Assembly: GCA_041746575.1 (NCBI GenBank)
Contig: JBGTGT010000001.1
Span: 1 to 26,100 of the forward strand
Length of the DNA: 26,100 nucleotides
From: Microcystaceae cyanobacterium
Lineage (GTDB): Bacteria; Cyanobacteriota; Cyanobacteriia; Cyanobacteriales; Microcystaceae
Reading direction: 5' to 3'
This document shows, one piece after another, positions 9,084-17,694 of this stretch. Each line of letters starts with the position of its first letter. Positions within the stretch are counted from its first letter, which is position 1. The notes below the pieces were generated by a model. It saw nothing but the letters and a program-made list of their open reading frames with translations. It ran no database searches and had not been told where the DNA came from. The position numbers and the translations under genes are program-made.

Positions 9084-9641
9084 TTAAGAACTAAAATGCT
9101 TTTCTAATAACTGATCGACGGCTTGAGGCGTGAAGCGATGGTAATGAGCTTTGTCGGGTAATACTACTAAATTGGGTGCTTTTTTGCACTGTTTGAGGCA
9201 TCCTGTCGTTTTTATGGTGACGCTTTCACTCAATCCCCGATCTTGAATTTCTTGCTGTAATTTTTGACAGATTTGCTTGCCTCCCCGTTGCCAACAATCA
9301 GATTTTTGGCAAATCAGAATCTTGCTTTTTTGAGTGGCATTGAGAATTTTGGGCTGTTTTTGCGGCTCCTCATTTTCAGAAATAAAACGAATTTCCTCTG
9401 CTTTTAGCTCAAGTTTACCCGTTTTGCGACTGACTTTTCCTAAACCAATGATTTCTAAGTAACATTGGGGTTGTATAGACGAGTCTAAAGATTCACGCAA
9501 TTCTTTAGGGACTTTAATCCAATATTCTCGCTCAGAAACGGTCATTCTCAGATACTTTAATTTATGCCCATCTTTGATCACAAACCCAAGGAGTTGACCC
9601 ACCAGACAGAACTGAGATCCCTGTACGCTTAGACTAGACAT
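9084..9641 (-). CDS. Thioredoxin-like (2Fe-2S) ferredoxin-domain protein with N-terminal OB-fold-like region
   Basis: ILICQKSDCWQRGG...TGCLKQCKKAPNLVV four-Cys pattern; basic beta-rich N-terminal half. Confidence 0.85.
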   Translation of the reverse strand: MSSLSVQGSQFCLVGQLLGFVIKDGHKLKYLRMTVSEREYWIKVPKELRESLDSSIQPQCYLEIIGLGKVSRKTGKLELKAEEIRFISENEEPQKQPKILNATQKSKILICQKSDCWQRGGKQICQKLQQEIQDRGLSESVTIKTTGCLKQCKKAPNLVVLPDKAHYHRFTPQAVDQLLEKHFSS

Positions 9642-9661
9642 TCTTTTACCCTTCCCTAGGA

Positions 9662-9925
9662 TTATTGATAGTCATTTTCAAATTTAAGCTGCCAACAATG
9701 ATTTAACCACTGTCGCAAGTCGGAGGGCGTGGCTGTTGTCTGTTGCACGACACTCCAAAGCTGAATTGCGCCTAATGGATGGGAAATCGGAACTTTTAGA
9801 GGCTGATTCGTCCCGCATTGGCAAGAAATACCGAGGTCTTGTAGACGGTGATAGATTGACCAGCGATCGCTCCCTTGAACGTCAACCATTATTAAATCTT
9901 CGGGGGTGAGTAGAGGTGAATTCAT
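9662..9925 (-). CDS. Asr1405/Asl0597-family small cyanobacterial protein
   Basis: DRWSIYHRLQDLGISCQC...PL...AIQLWSVVQQ...WLNHCW pattern; lies directly upstream of the 2Fe-2S gene, the pairing I recall for this family. Confidence 0.75.
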   Translation of the reverse strand: MNSPLLTPEDLIMVDVQGSDRWSIYHRLQDLGISCQCGTNQPLKVPISHPLGAIQLWSVVQQTTATPSDLRQWLNHCWQLKFENDYQ

Positions 9926-9935
9926 GAACCCGATA

Positions 9936-9954
9936 AATGAGAATAGTTTTCAAT
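9936..9954. promoter_or_regulatory. Putative Fur box
   Basis: AATGAGAAT-A-GTTTTCAAT, a 9-1-9 imperfect inverted repeat resembling ATTGAnAATnATTnTCAAT, 10 nt upstream of the 9925 start codon. Confidence 0.65.
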
Positions 9955-10092
9955 AAACAACTTATCTACGAGTATAGTCGATAATTGCTAACTTTTGTCA
10001 ACTATTATTTCAGATCAGGATTTTCAAGATTTTGAGGTTTTTCGGCATTAATCACACCCAATTCACATCTCAATCCTTCTTCCTCTACCCTA

Positions 10093-10785
10093 TCACCGAA
10101 TAGACGCCATGCGTTGCTTTGCTTCGTCATGAAGTTGAGCAGCCCGTCTGAAGAATTCTTGACCCGAATGAAGATAATGGTCGTCATAATTCAGCGTAAA
10201 TTGTCTCAAATCCTCAATTCCATCTCCCAAATGAGTCAAGCAATAATACATTTCCGCCGCAACCTTGGCAAAGTTAGAGGGATTCGGTTGAGACGAGAAT
10301 AATCGAAGAGCTTGATCTAGAGAAATCCGACAATTTTCGATATAATTTTGGAAATTCTCCATTAATTCATCATCAAAGGGATCAGCCGCCAATTGATCAA
10401 TTTGTCCAGCAAGGGGGTGAAGAATGGCATAAATATACTGATGAAGAGGACAATAGACCGTTTGTAACCATTGCTCAGAATGATATTGATTGGCCGCATT
10501 CGCTTGACGAGCGCATTGATATTGGCGTTGTGCGGCGGCCGTTCGTTTTTGTAGACGATAAAACGGAGATTGTTCCAAAATTGCTTGATCATATTGCTGA
10601 CGACGTTGTGTATCGCCTAAAATCTCATAAGCAGCATTAATTTCAATAATTTTTTGATGATTAGCCGTGTGTTGTTGGCTATCAGGATGGAACCGTTTAA
10701 CGAGCTGACGATAAGCCATTTTAATCTCTTTTTGAGTGGCATTTGGCGTAATATTTAAGACTTGGTAGGGATTAAGATGGTTCAT
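10093..10785 (-). CDS. J-domain (DnaJ type III) protein
   Basis: NPYQVLNI...IKMAYRQLVKRFHPD...INAAYEILGD...YD with HPD motif; helical C-terminal domain; no zinc finger or G/F region. Confidence 0.9.
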   Translation of the reverse strand: MNHLNPYQVLNITPNATQKEIKMAYRQLVKRFHPDSQQHTANHQKIIEINAAYEILGDTQRRQQYDQAILEQSPFYRLQKRTAAAQRQYQCARQANAANQYHSEQWLQTVYCPLHQYIYAILHPLAGQIDQLAADPFDDELMENFQNYIENCRISLDQALRLFSSQPNPSNFAKVAAEMYYCLTHLGDGIEDLRQFTLNYDDHYLHSGQEFFRRAAQLHDEAKQRMASIR

Positions 10786-10912
10786 ACTCTAGACAATCTG
10801 TCCAATGATCAAAATTCTTTACAAACCCTGTTATTTTCGACCCCTTTTTGGGAACGCTAAAAAAGTAAGTCCAGATTATTCTGGATAGCATCCCCTCTCA
10901 TAAGAGCTGGCC

Positions 10913-12121
10913 ATGATGACTACTAGATACTCATCTCCTAATCCTATCCCGATTCGGGAATTTACGGCTTCCAAGCAGGCTGGATTCTTTGACAAGCTTA
11001 AACAACCTCGGTTTAGCGGTCAAGTAGTGCTGACCAATGCCGCCAGAGGTGAAACGTGGTTTTTTTATCTTTATTTGGGGCGAATTATGTATGCGACGGG
11101 AGGGAGCCATCCGATTCGTCGCTGGAGGCGAAACATTGCCCTGTATCTACCGCAAATTGCCCCTCATCTCCCCTCAATGCAGCAATTGGGACTCGCCAGC
11201 CTGAATTCCCAAGATATTCAGATGTGTTGGGAATATTACTTGCTTTGTCTATGGGTTGAACAACAAAAAATTACCAGAGAACAGGTTGCGCGCTTAATCC
11301 GTTCGACCTTAGTGGAGATTTTGTTTGATGTTACGCAAATCATGGAAGTTATCTGCGAATTAAAGCAAGAAAATTGTCTTGCCACCCGTTTAGTCTTAAT
11401 TGACGCCGAACAAATCATCGAAGAATCGCAAAAATTATGGCAAGGATGGCAAGGAGCAAAAATTGCCGATCGTTCCCCGAATTCCGCCCCTGTAATTCGA
11501 CAACCCGAACAACTGCAACAACGCACCTCTCCCCAAGTCTATCAAACCCTCGGTCAACTCTTGGATGGTCATCAAACCCTCAGGGATTTATCTGTGCGCA
11601 TGAAACGGGATGTTTTGGCAGTTACCAGTTCCCTTTTACCCTATATTCAAATGGGATTTGTGGAATTAGTGCCGATTGGGGATTTACCTTCTCCCGTCGC
11701 TTCTACACCCGTTGATAACATGGGAACACCGTCGGCGACTGTTGGCCCCTTAATCGCCTGTGTGGATGATAGTCCCATGATGTGTCAACGGATGGAACAG
11801 ATTCTGACCGAGGCTAATTACCAATTTATCGGTATTAATGACCCGATGCGAGCGATCGCCATTATTTTAGCCCGTAAACCAGAATTAATTTTCCTAGATT
11901 TGGTCATGCCGAACACGAATGGTTATGAAATTTGCGCCCAACTGCGGAAGATTAACTATTTTCGCCAGATTCCGATCGTGATTTTGACAGGGAATGATGG
12001 CATTATTGACCGCGTTAGAGCCAAAATGGTGGGATCAACCGACTATATCACTAAACCTGTCAATTCTGAGCTGGTTCTCAGTGTTATTCACAAGAACCTT
12101 AAACAAGAAACCCTTTTATAG
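10913..12121 (+). CDS. pixG: PatA-family response regulator (PATAN-like N-terminus plus REC), PixG/TaxP-like
   Basis: FSGQVVL...WFFYLYLGRIMYATGGSHPIRRWRR N-terminal domain; C-terminal REC (CVDDS, IFLDLVMP, ILTGNDG, DYITKP); first gene of the taxis operon. Symbol assigned from gene order. Confidence 0.8.
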   Translation: MMTTRYSSPNPIPIREFTASKQAGFFDKLKQPRFSGQVVLTNAARGETWFFYLYLGRIMYATGGSHPIRRWRRNIALYLPQIAPHLPSMQQLGLASLNSQDIQMCWEYYLLCLWVEQQKITREQVARLIRSTLVEILFDVTQIMEVICELKQENCLATRLVLIDAEQIIEESQKLWQGWQGAKIADRSPNSAPVIRQPEQLQQRTSPQVYQTLGQLLDGHQTLRDLSVRMKRDVLAVTSSLLPYIQMGFVELVPIGDLPSPVASTPVDNMGTPSATVGPLIACVDDSPMMCQRMEQILTEANYQFIGINDPMRAIAIILARKPELIFLDLVMPNTNGYEICAQLRKINYFRQIPIVILTGNDGIIDRVRAKMVGSTDYITKPVNSELVLSVIHKNLKQETLL

Positions 12122-12290
12122 CATTACAGCGCATTAATGCGTTTGACAATCTAACTAAATGTTTCAAACCCCGTCACAAGGGAAACTTTAATATCTACTC
12201 GATTGCGACCGTTAATTTTAAAGCCATTAAGGGCATCTTAAGAATAAGTCTTCTAATTTTATTTACGATCAACCTAATGAGGTGACGATT

Positions 12291-12656
12291 ATGGGTATTG
12301 CCCTAATCATTGAAGATTCTCGTACTGAACAAGAAATTATCACCCAGTTTCTCAAGATCGCAGGGTTTCAGGTCTCTATTGCCAGCAGTGGTGAAGAAGC
12401 TCTCGAAAAGCTCAGCCAAGCCCTACCTGATGTTATTGTCCTCGATGTGGTGTTACCGGGACGTAGCGGTTTTGAGATTTGCCGCCAACTTAAGGCAGAT
12501 CATAAAACCTGTCGCATTCCGATCTTAATTTGTTCAACTAAAGACAGCAAAATAGATAGATTTTGGGGCAAAAAACAGGGTGCTGATGCCTATATTCCTA
12601 AACCTATTGACCAAAATACCTTTATTAGCACTATTCAATCTCTTATTCAACTTTAA
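12291..12656 (+). CDS. pixH: CheY-like single-domain response regulator, PixH-like
   Basis: IIEDS...VLDVVLPGRSGFEICR...CSTK...WGKKQGADAYIPKP; GAGG precedes ATG 12291 (alternative GTG 12282). Confidence 0.82.
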   Translation: MGIALIIEDSRTEQEIITQFLKIAGFQVSIASSGEEALEKLSQALPDVIVLDVVLPGRSGFEICRQLKADHKTCRIPILICSTKDSKIDRFWGKKQGADAYIPKPIDQNTFISTIQSLIQL

Positions 12657-12797
12657 GAGGTTGGACTGACATTAGGTTGCCTTAGTTAGGAGTGGAAACG
12701 TCCGAATTATCTGTGGCTTGTTGCCTTGTTTTAACTTTTAACGTGCTTTTGTTCAACGACTGAGTGCTTGCTTTTATCTGAATTAAGGAGAAGAATT

Positions 12798-13340
12798 ATG
12801 GTGTTCTCTTCATCTTCTAGGCCTGAGGCCATTGTAGCCCCCTTGAGGCGGGATCATCAAGACCAAGAACAATTTTTACGCTTTTTTTTAATACCCGAGA
12901 CTTGGGCGATGTTACCCGTTTCCCAAGTGACGGAAGTGTTAACGCTACCCGTGAGTCAAGTGGTACCTATTCCCCAAATGCCGCATTGGGTGATGGGAGT
13001 TTATAACTGGCGGGGTGAAGTGTTGTGGATCATTGATCTGGGGCTATTATTGGGACTAAAGCCTCAAATTAGTATTTCCTCTACTTGTCGTGCCATTGTA
13101 TTGCATCCTACCCTTCATCACTCGGGGAAAATGAGAAGCAGAAGTCAAATGTTGGGACTTATTGTTAACAAAGTAGAAGATATTGAATGGTGCAACCCCG
13201 ATAAGATTCAATCTCCTCCTGCGTCTGCTATTACACCCGGTTTTGCCCCTTTTTTGCGGGGTTACTGGCTACAAGAAGACAATGAAATGTGGGTCGTTCT
13301 TGATGGAGAGTCTATTTTAGCCGCCATGCCAACTCAGTAA
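12798..13340 (+). CDS. pixI: CheW-like adaptor, PixI-like
   Basis: VTEVL...PIPQMPHWVMGVYNWRGEVLWIIDL...GLIVNKVEDI; AAGGAG at 12785-12790 precedes ATG 12798. Confidence 0.85.
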   Translation: MVFSSSSRPEAIVAPLRRDHQDQEQFLRFFLIPETWAMLPVSQVTEVLTLPVSQVVPIPQMPHWVMGVYNWRGEVLWIIDLGLLLGLKPQISISSTCRAIVLHPTLHHSGKMRSRSQMLGLIVNKVEDIEWCNPDKIQSPPASAITPGFAPFLRGYWLQEDNEMWVVLDGESILAAMPTQ

Positions 13341-13416
13341 ACCGTTAAAGGTAAACAAATTTTACAACTTTTCTTAATCTCGTTCTGAATATCCAAAATT
13401 TACCCCCCATACGATC

Positions 13417-16400
13417 ATGACTCAAATTTCTCCTAAACCCGACGCTTCTAACCACCGTAATTCTTTGCCCATTAGTGATGACTCGATTCTCTCTGAATCA
13501 ATCGACCATGAGTTATCTGGGCAGGATTGGCAGGAAAATGAATCCTTAATAGCAATAGAAACCGAATTAGAAGACGTAGAGGCGACAAAATCCTCAAAAG
13601 TAATAGAAAATACAGAATCTGTCCAAAGTAAAGACGATTCCTTTATTTTTCTTTCTTCTATGCCTGCCGCTTCCTCGGCAAGTCTGCCCTTTGAGAAGTT
13701 GAAAATTTTACCCCCTAATGCCAACTTTAGCCCTCAACCGACCAAAACGACGGTTCAATCGTCCACCTTACGTCCTTCATCCCCTTGGCTACAAAAATGG
13801 CATAAATTAGGTCTGCAAAATAAAGTAGTAATGGCTTCTTTGTTAATTGGTTTAATTCCGGTTGTTTTAGTGGGAGCGGGAACGTTTTGGGGCGTTAGAA
13901 GTGTAGTTAATCAGCAGGTATCCAATGTCCTTAAATCAGAAATGAAAAGTCAGGTGAAGTCTTTAGATAATTTTTTACGAGATAGAGCGACAAATATTAA
14001 AATCTTAGCGGAAAGAGAAATTTTTAGCGACCCTAACGTCAGGAATCTCTTCTCAGCGCAAGATAAAAAGAATCAGTTGAATCAATATCGCCAAAATTAC
14101 CCTTATTTTAGTCAAATTGCAATAATTGGTGCAGATGGAACGGTCATAGCCATTTCAGGGACAGATTCCTTACCCAATCAGAAAAATACTGACTATTTTC
14201 AAGCAGTTAAGCAAAGTCAGCAACCTTTTATCCATCTCATCCCATCCCAAAAAGGAGGATACAGTTTAGAAATTGCGGTTCCTGTTCAAGATAACCAGAC
14301 TAAAGCGTTTTTAGGGGTAATTTCTGCCCGTATTCCCACCCTAGAACTCGATAAACACTTGGGTTACGAAATTGAGGAAACTGGAGAAGGAGAAAGCGAC
14401 TATTATTATTTATTAGACCAAAACAAAACGATTATTGCCTCTAATCATCGAGATGATCTCGGCAAAACGCTCGAAGCAGAATTTCCCCGTTTAGCCGCCC
14501 AATATAAGAAACAACCTACCCAAGATTTTTTGAAAACTGAAGAAAAGCACGGTCAATCCCGCAGTTTGATCAGTTATCGTCAAGCAAACCTCTTACCTGA
14601 ATCTGCCAATCTAGATTGGAAGTTAATTCTTGTTCGTCCGACGGATCAAGTGTATTCTGCCGCTCATACGCTTCTACGCAACTTAATTTTGGGGACAATT
14701 GCCACCTCTGCTCTGATTTTAACAGCCGCCCTGTTAGTCGCTAAACCCTTAACTCGTCCCATTCGGCGCATTGCTCAGGCGGTACAGAAAATGGGCGAAG
14801 GGAATTTAGATGTGAAATTAGAGGACTTAGGAGAGGATGAATTAGGGATATTAGGAGCTAATATTAACCGCATGGCGCACCAGCTTAAAGATTTAATCCA
14901 AGAACAAACCCTTTCCCTTGAAAAATCCAAATTATTAGCCGATATTGCTAATTGTCTCAATGTTGAACAGGACAATCATGACACCCTTTTTCAAACGACG
15001 TTAAAACAAGTTCGGATGCTTTTGAAACTGGATCGGATTCTTATTTATCGTTTTGAAGAAAATTTAAGCGGTCATGTCGCTTATGAATCGGTTTTAGACA
15101 ACTATAGCAGTGCTTTATCTGAGCAGTTCAGTGAAGTTTGCATTTCCAGTGCTTTCCTAGATGCTTACAAGACCGGGCGTGAAGTTATCAAAAGTGATGA
15201 CTTCAGCGAATCCTTAAGCCCCGAACACATAAACTTAATGGAACGTTTACAGGTACGGGGTCAAGCGATTATCCCCTTATTAAAGGAAGGATCGCTGTAT
15301 GGCTTATTAATTGCCCATCATTGCGCCAAACCCTATGAATGGCCAGCTTCTGAAGTCAATTTCTTGAAACAACTCGCTGAACAATTGAGTTTGACCTTAG
15401 ATCGAATCAGTTTACAACAACAACGACGGGAAGATGCTAAACGCGCTGGTTATCTCAAAGATATTACCTTAGCCATTGCGGCGGCCTTAAATACCAAAGA
15501 AGTCTTTACCGTAGCCGTCGAAGAGGTGCGTCGGATATTAAATAGCGATCGCGTGATTGTCTATCAGTTTAACCCCGATTGGTCGGGGACAATCATTGCA
15601 GAAGCGGTTTTACCCCAATTTCCCAAAGCATTAGGTGCCAATATTGCTGATCCTTGTTTTGCCGATCAATACGTCGAAAGATACCGTCAAGGTCGGGTTC
15701 AAGCGACATCTGATATTTACAAAGCGGGCTTAACAAAGTGCCATCTTCAGCAATTAGAACCTTTTGAGGTAAAAGCCAATTTAGTGGCCCCAATTGTTGA
15801 GGAAGGTCAATTATTAGGCTTATTTATTGCTCATCAGTGTTCCGCTCTCCGTCAATGGCAGCAGGGAGAAATCGACTTCTTCGCCCAAGTATCAACCCAA
15901 GTGGGGTTAGCCTTAGAACGGGCAGATTTAATTGAAAAACAACGAAAAGCAGAAGAAGAACAGCGAAATGAAAAAGAAAAGCTACAAAAACGAGCTTTAG
16001 AATTATTAATGGAAGTTGATCCCGTATCTCGTGGGGATTTAACCATTCGCGCCCATGTGACCGAAGATGAAATCGGCACTATTGCGGACTCCTATAATGC
16101 AACCATTGAAAACTTAAGACGCATTGTAACCCAAGTTCAATTAGCCACCGGACAGTTAGCCGATACCACCACTGGTAATGAAGTGGCAGTGCGTAACCTC
16201 TCAGAGGAAGCCAAACATCAAGCAATAGACATTGCTCAAGCCTTAGAACGGATTCAACAGATGACCAATACCATGCAGGAAGTGGCGATCAATGCCGAAC
16301 AAGCAGAAGCGGCAGTACAACAAGCTACCCAAACCGTGGAAACAGGGGAAGATGCCATGAATCGTACCGTAGATGGCATTATGGCCATTCGAGAAACGGT

Positions 16401-16968
16401 GGCAGAAACCGCCAAAAAAGTAAAACGATTGGGGGAATCGTCACAAAAAATCTCAAAAGTGGTTAACTTAATTAGCAGTTTCGCCGATCAGACCAACTTA
16501 CTGGCGTTAAATGCTTCGATTGAAGCCGCCCACGCAGGAGAAGAAGGACGAGGATTTGCTGTGGTGGCCGATGAAGTGCGATCGCTTGCCCGTCAGTCTG
16601 CTGAAGCAACGGCTGAAATTGAAACCCTCGTTGCCAGTATTCAATCAGAAACCAACGATGTGGTCGCCGCTATGGAATCAGGGACAGAACAAGTGGTCGT
16701 GGGGACAAGATTAGTAGATGAAACTCGCAAGAGTTTGAACCAAATTACCGCCACCAGTATTCAAATTAGTGAATTAGTCGCTGCGATCGCTGCTACTGCG
16801 GTTCGACAGGCGGATACCAGTCAAGAAGTTACCCAAACGATGTCACAAGTGGCTGCTATCTCCAATAAAACCTCTAGTGAAGCGGCGCAAGTCTCCGAAT
16901 CGTTCCGTCAACTACTGGCGGTTGCCCAAACACTACAGGAAAGTGTACGGCAGTTCAAAGTTCAGTAA
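13417..16968 (+). CDS. pixJ1: Methyl-accepting photoreceptor: TM-dCache-like-TM-HAMP-GAF-GAF(DXCF cyanobacteriochrome)-MA, PixJ1-like
   Basis: Two TM segments flank a periplasmic domain; HAMP ([18 protein letters not shown]...DELGILG); GAF2 has DPCF (C747) and CH (C775); signalling tip [34 protein letters not shown]. Confidence 0.88.
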   Translation: MTQISPKPDASNHRNSLPISDDSILSESIDHELSGQDWQENESLIAIETELEDVEATKSSKVIENTESVQSKDDSFIFLSSMPAASSASLPFEKLKILPPNANFSPQPTKTTVQSSTLRPSSPWLQKWHKLGLQNKVVMASLLIGLIPVVLVGAGTFWGVRSVVNQQVSNVLKSEMKSQVKSLDNFLRDRATNIKILAEREIFSDPNVRNLFSAQDKKNQLNQYRQNYPYFSQIAIIGADGTVIAISGTDSLPNQKNTDYFQAVKQSQQPFIHLIPSQKGGYSLEIAVPVQDNQTKAFLGVISARIPTLELDKHLGYEIEETGEGESDYYYLLDQNKTIIASNHRDDLGKTLEAEFPRLAAQYKKQPTQDFLKTEEKHGQSRSLISYRQANLLPESANLDWKLILVRPTDQVYSAAHTLLRNLILGTIATSALILTAALLVAKPLTRPIRRIAQAVQKMGEGNLDVKLEDLGEDELGILGANINRMAHQLKDLIQEQTLSLEKSKLLADIANCLNVEQDNHDTLFQTTLKQVRMLLKLDRILIYRFEENLSGHVAYESVLDNYSSALSEQFSEVCISSAFLDAYKTGREVIKSDDFSESLSPEHINLMERLQVRGQAIIPLLKEGSLYGLLIAHHCAKPYEWPASEVNFLKQLAEQLSLTLDRISLQQQRREDAKRAGYLKDITLAIAAALNTKEVFTVAVEEVRRILNSDRVIVYQFNPDWSGTIIAEAVLPQFPKALGANIADPCFADQYVERYRQGRVQATSDIYKAGLTKCHLQQLEPFEVKANLVAPIVEEGQLLGLFIAHQCSALRQWQQGEIDFFAQVSTQVGLALERADLIEKQRKAEEEQRNEKEKLQKRALELLMEVDPVSRGDLTIRAHVTEDEIGTIADSYNATIENLRRIVTQVQLATGQLADTTTGNEVAVRNLSEEAKHQAIDIAQALERIQQMTNTMQEVAINAEQAEAAVQQATQTVETGEDAMNRTVDGIMAIRETVAETAKKVKRLGESSQKISKVVNLISSFADQTNLLALNASIEAAHAGEEGRGFAVVADEVRSLARQSAEATAEIETLVASIQSETNDVVAAMESGTEQVVVGTRLVDETRKSLNQITATSIQISELVAAIAATAVRQADTSQEVTQTMSQVAAISNKTSSEAAQVSESFRQLLAVAQTLQESVRQFKVQ

Positions 16969-17037
16969 TTCTGTAAAAGGTTTGACGTTAAATACTCAAC
17001 TCCTGATTCTTGATTCCCACTCTATCCTTATCCAATC

Positions 17038-17631
17038 ATGAAAGCCGTATCTTTACTTAAACCCCTTGCCCTTGTAACCACCTTCCTTGTGGTGTCTTGT
17101 AATGGGATGAATGGGAATCCATCCGCCCGTCATGAGATTGCTCCTGAATCGATGACGGATTACATTTATGAGATTCTAAAAGCCGAACGTTCTGTCTATG
17201 ACACACAAGTCGTACAGCGATTAAAAGAAGACGGGGTGGTCTTTGCTTCAGAAAACTGGCAACAGGAAAAAGCCTTGCTGCTTCCTGCCCAAATGTTCCG
17301 AATGACTGCCCAAGAAGCCTCAAAAAGCGGAGCGTTTAATTATCGTTCGATTTCACCGTGGAATCTTAATGAAGGCAATGCCCCTCGAACGGAAGTTGAG
17401 AAGCAAGCGATGCAGCAAGTGATTGAGACGGGGTTAGCGGTGAAGAAAACTCAAACCATTGCTGGGAAAAAGTATTTTTCTGCTGTTTATCCTGATAAAG
17501 CGACAACCGCCGCCTGTGTCGAGTGTCATAACAATCATCCTATCCATAAGCAACGCTATCCCGACAAAGTGTTCAAACTAGGCGATGTCATGGGAGGAAT
17601 TCTCGTTAATTTGCCCTTAAAACCGTCTTAA
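17038..17631 (+). CDS. Lipoprotein with c-type heme motif, Tll0287-like/DUF3365 domain
   Basis: Signal peptide with lipobox VVS-C21; LPAQMFR, YRSISPWNLNEGNAP, CVECH (C160/C163/H164) and FKLGDVMGGI match the DUF3365 pattern (PA...S..P.N..N.P...CxxCH...GD..G). Confidence 0.85.
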   Translation: MKAVSLLKPLALVTTFLVVSCNGMNGNPSARHEIAPESMTDYIYEILKAERSVYDTQVVQRLKEDGVVFASENWQQEKALLLPAQMFRMTAQEASKSGAFNYRSISPWNLNEGNAPRTEVEKQAMQQVIETGLAVKKTQTIAGKKYFSAVYPDKATTAACVECHNNHPIHKQRYPDKVFKLGDVMGGILVNLPLKPS

Positions 17632-17694
17632 CAGTTAATAGATCACAAAGAAATCACTTTTCAATCTCCAATCTCCTATTTTGCCTGAAAAGCC

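Noticed and set aside
12130..12148. Palindrome CGCATTAATGCG and adjacent TTGACA after pixG
   Set aside because: No loop or adequate U-tract for a terminator, and no -10 element at the proper spacing from TTGACA.
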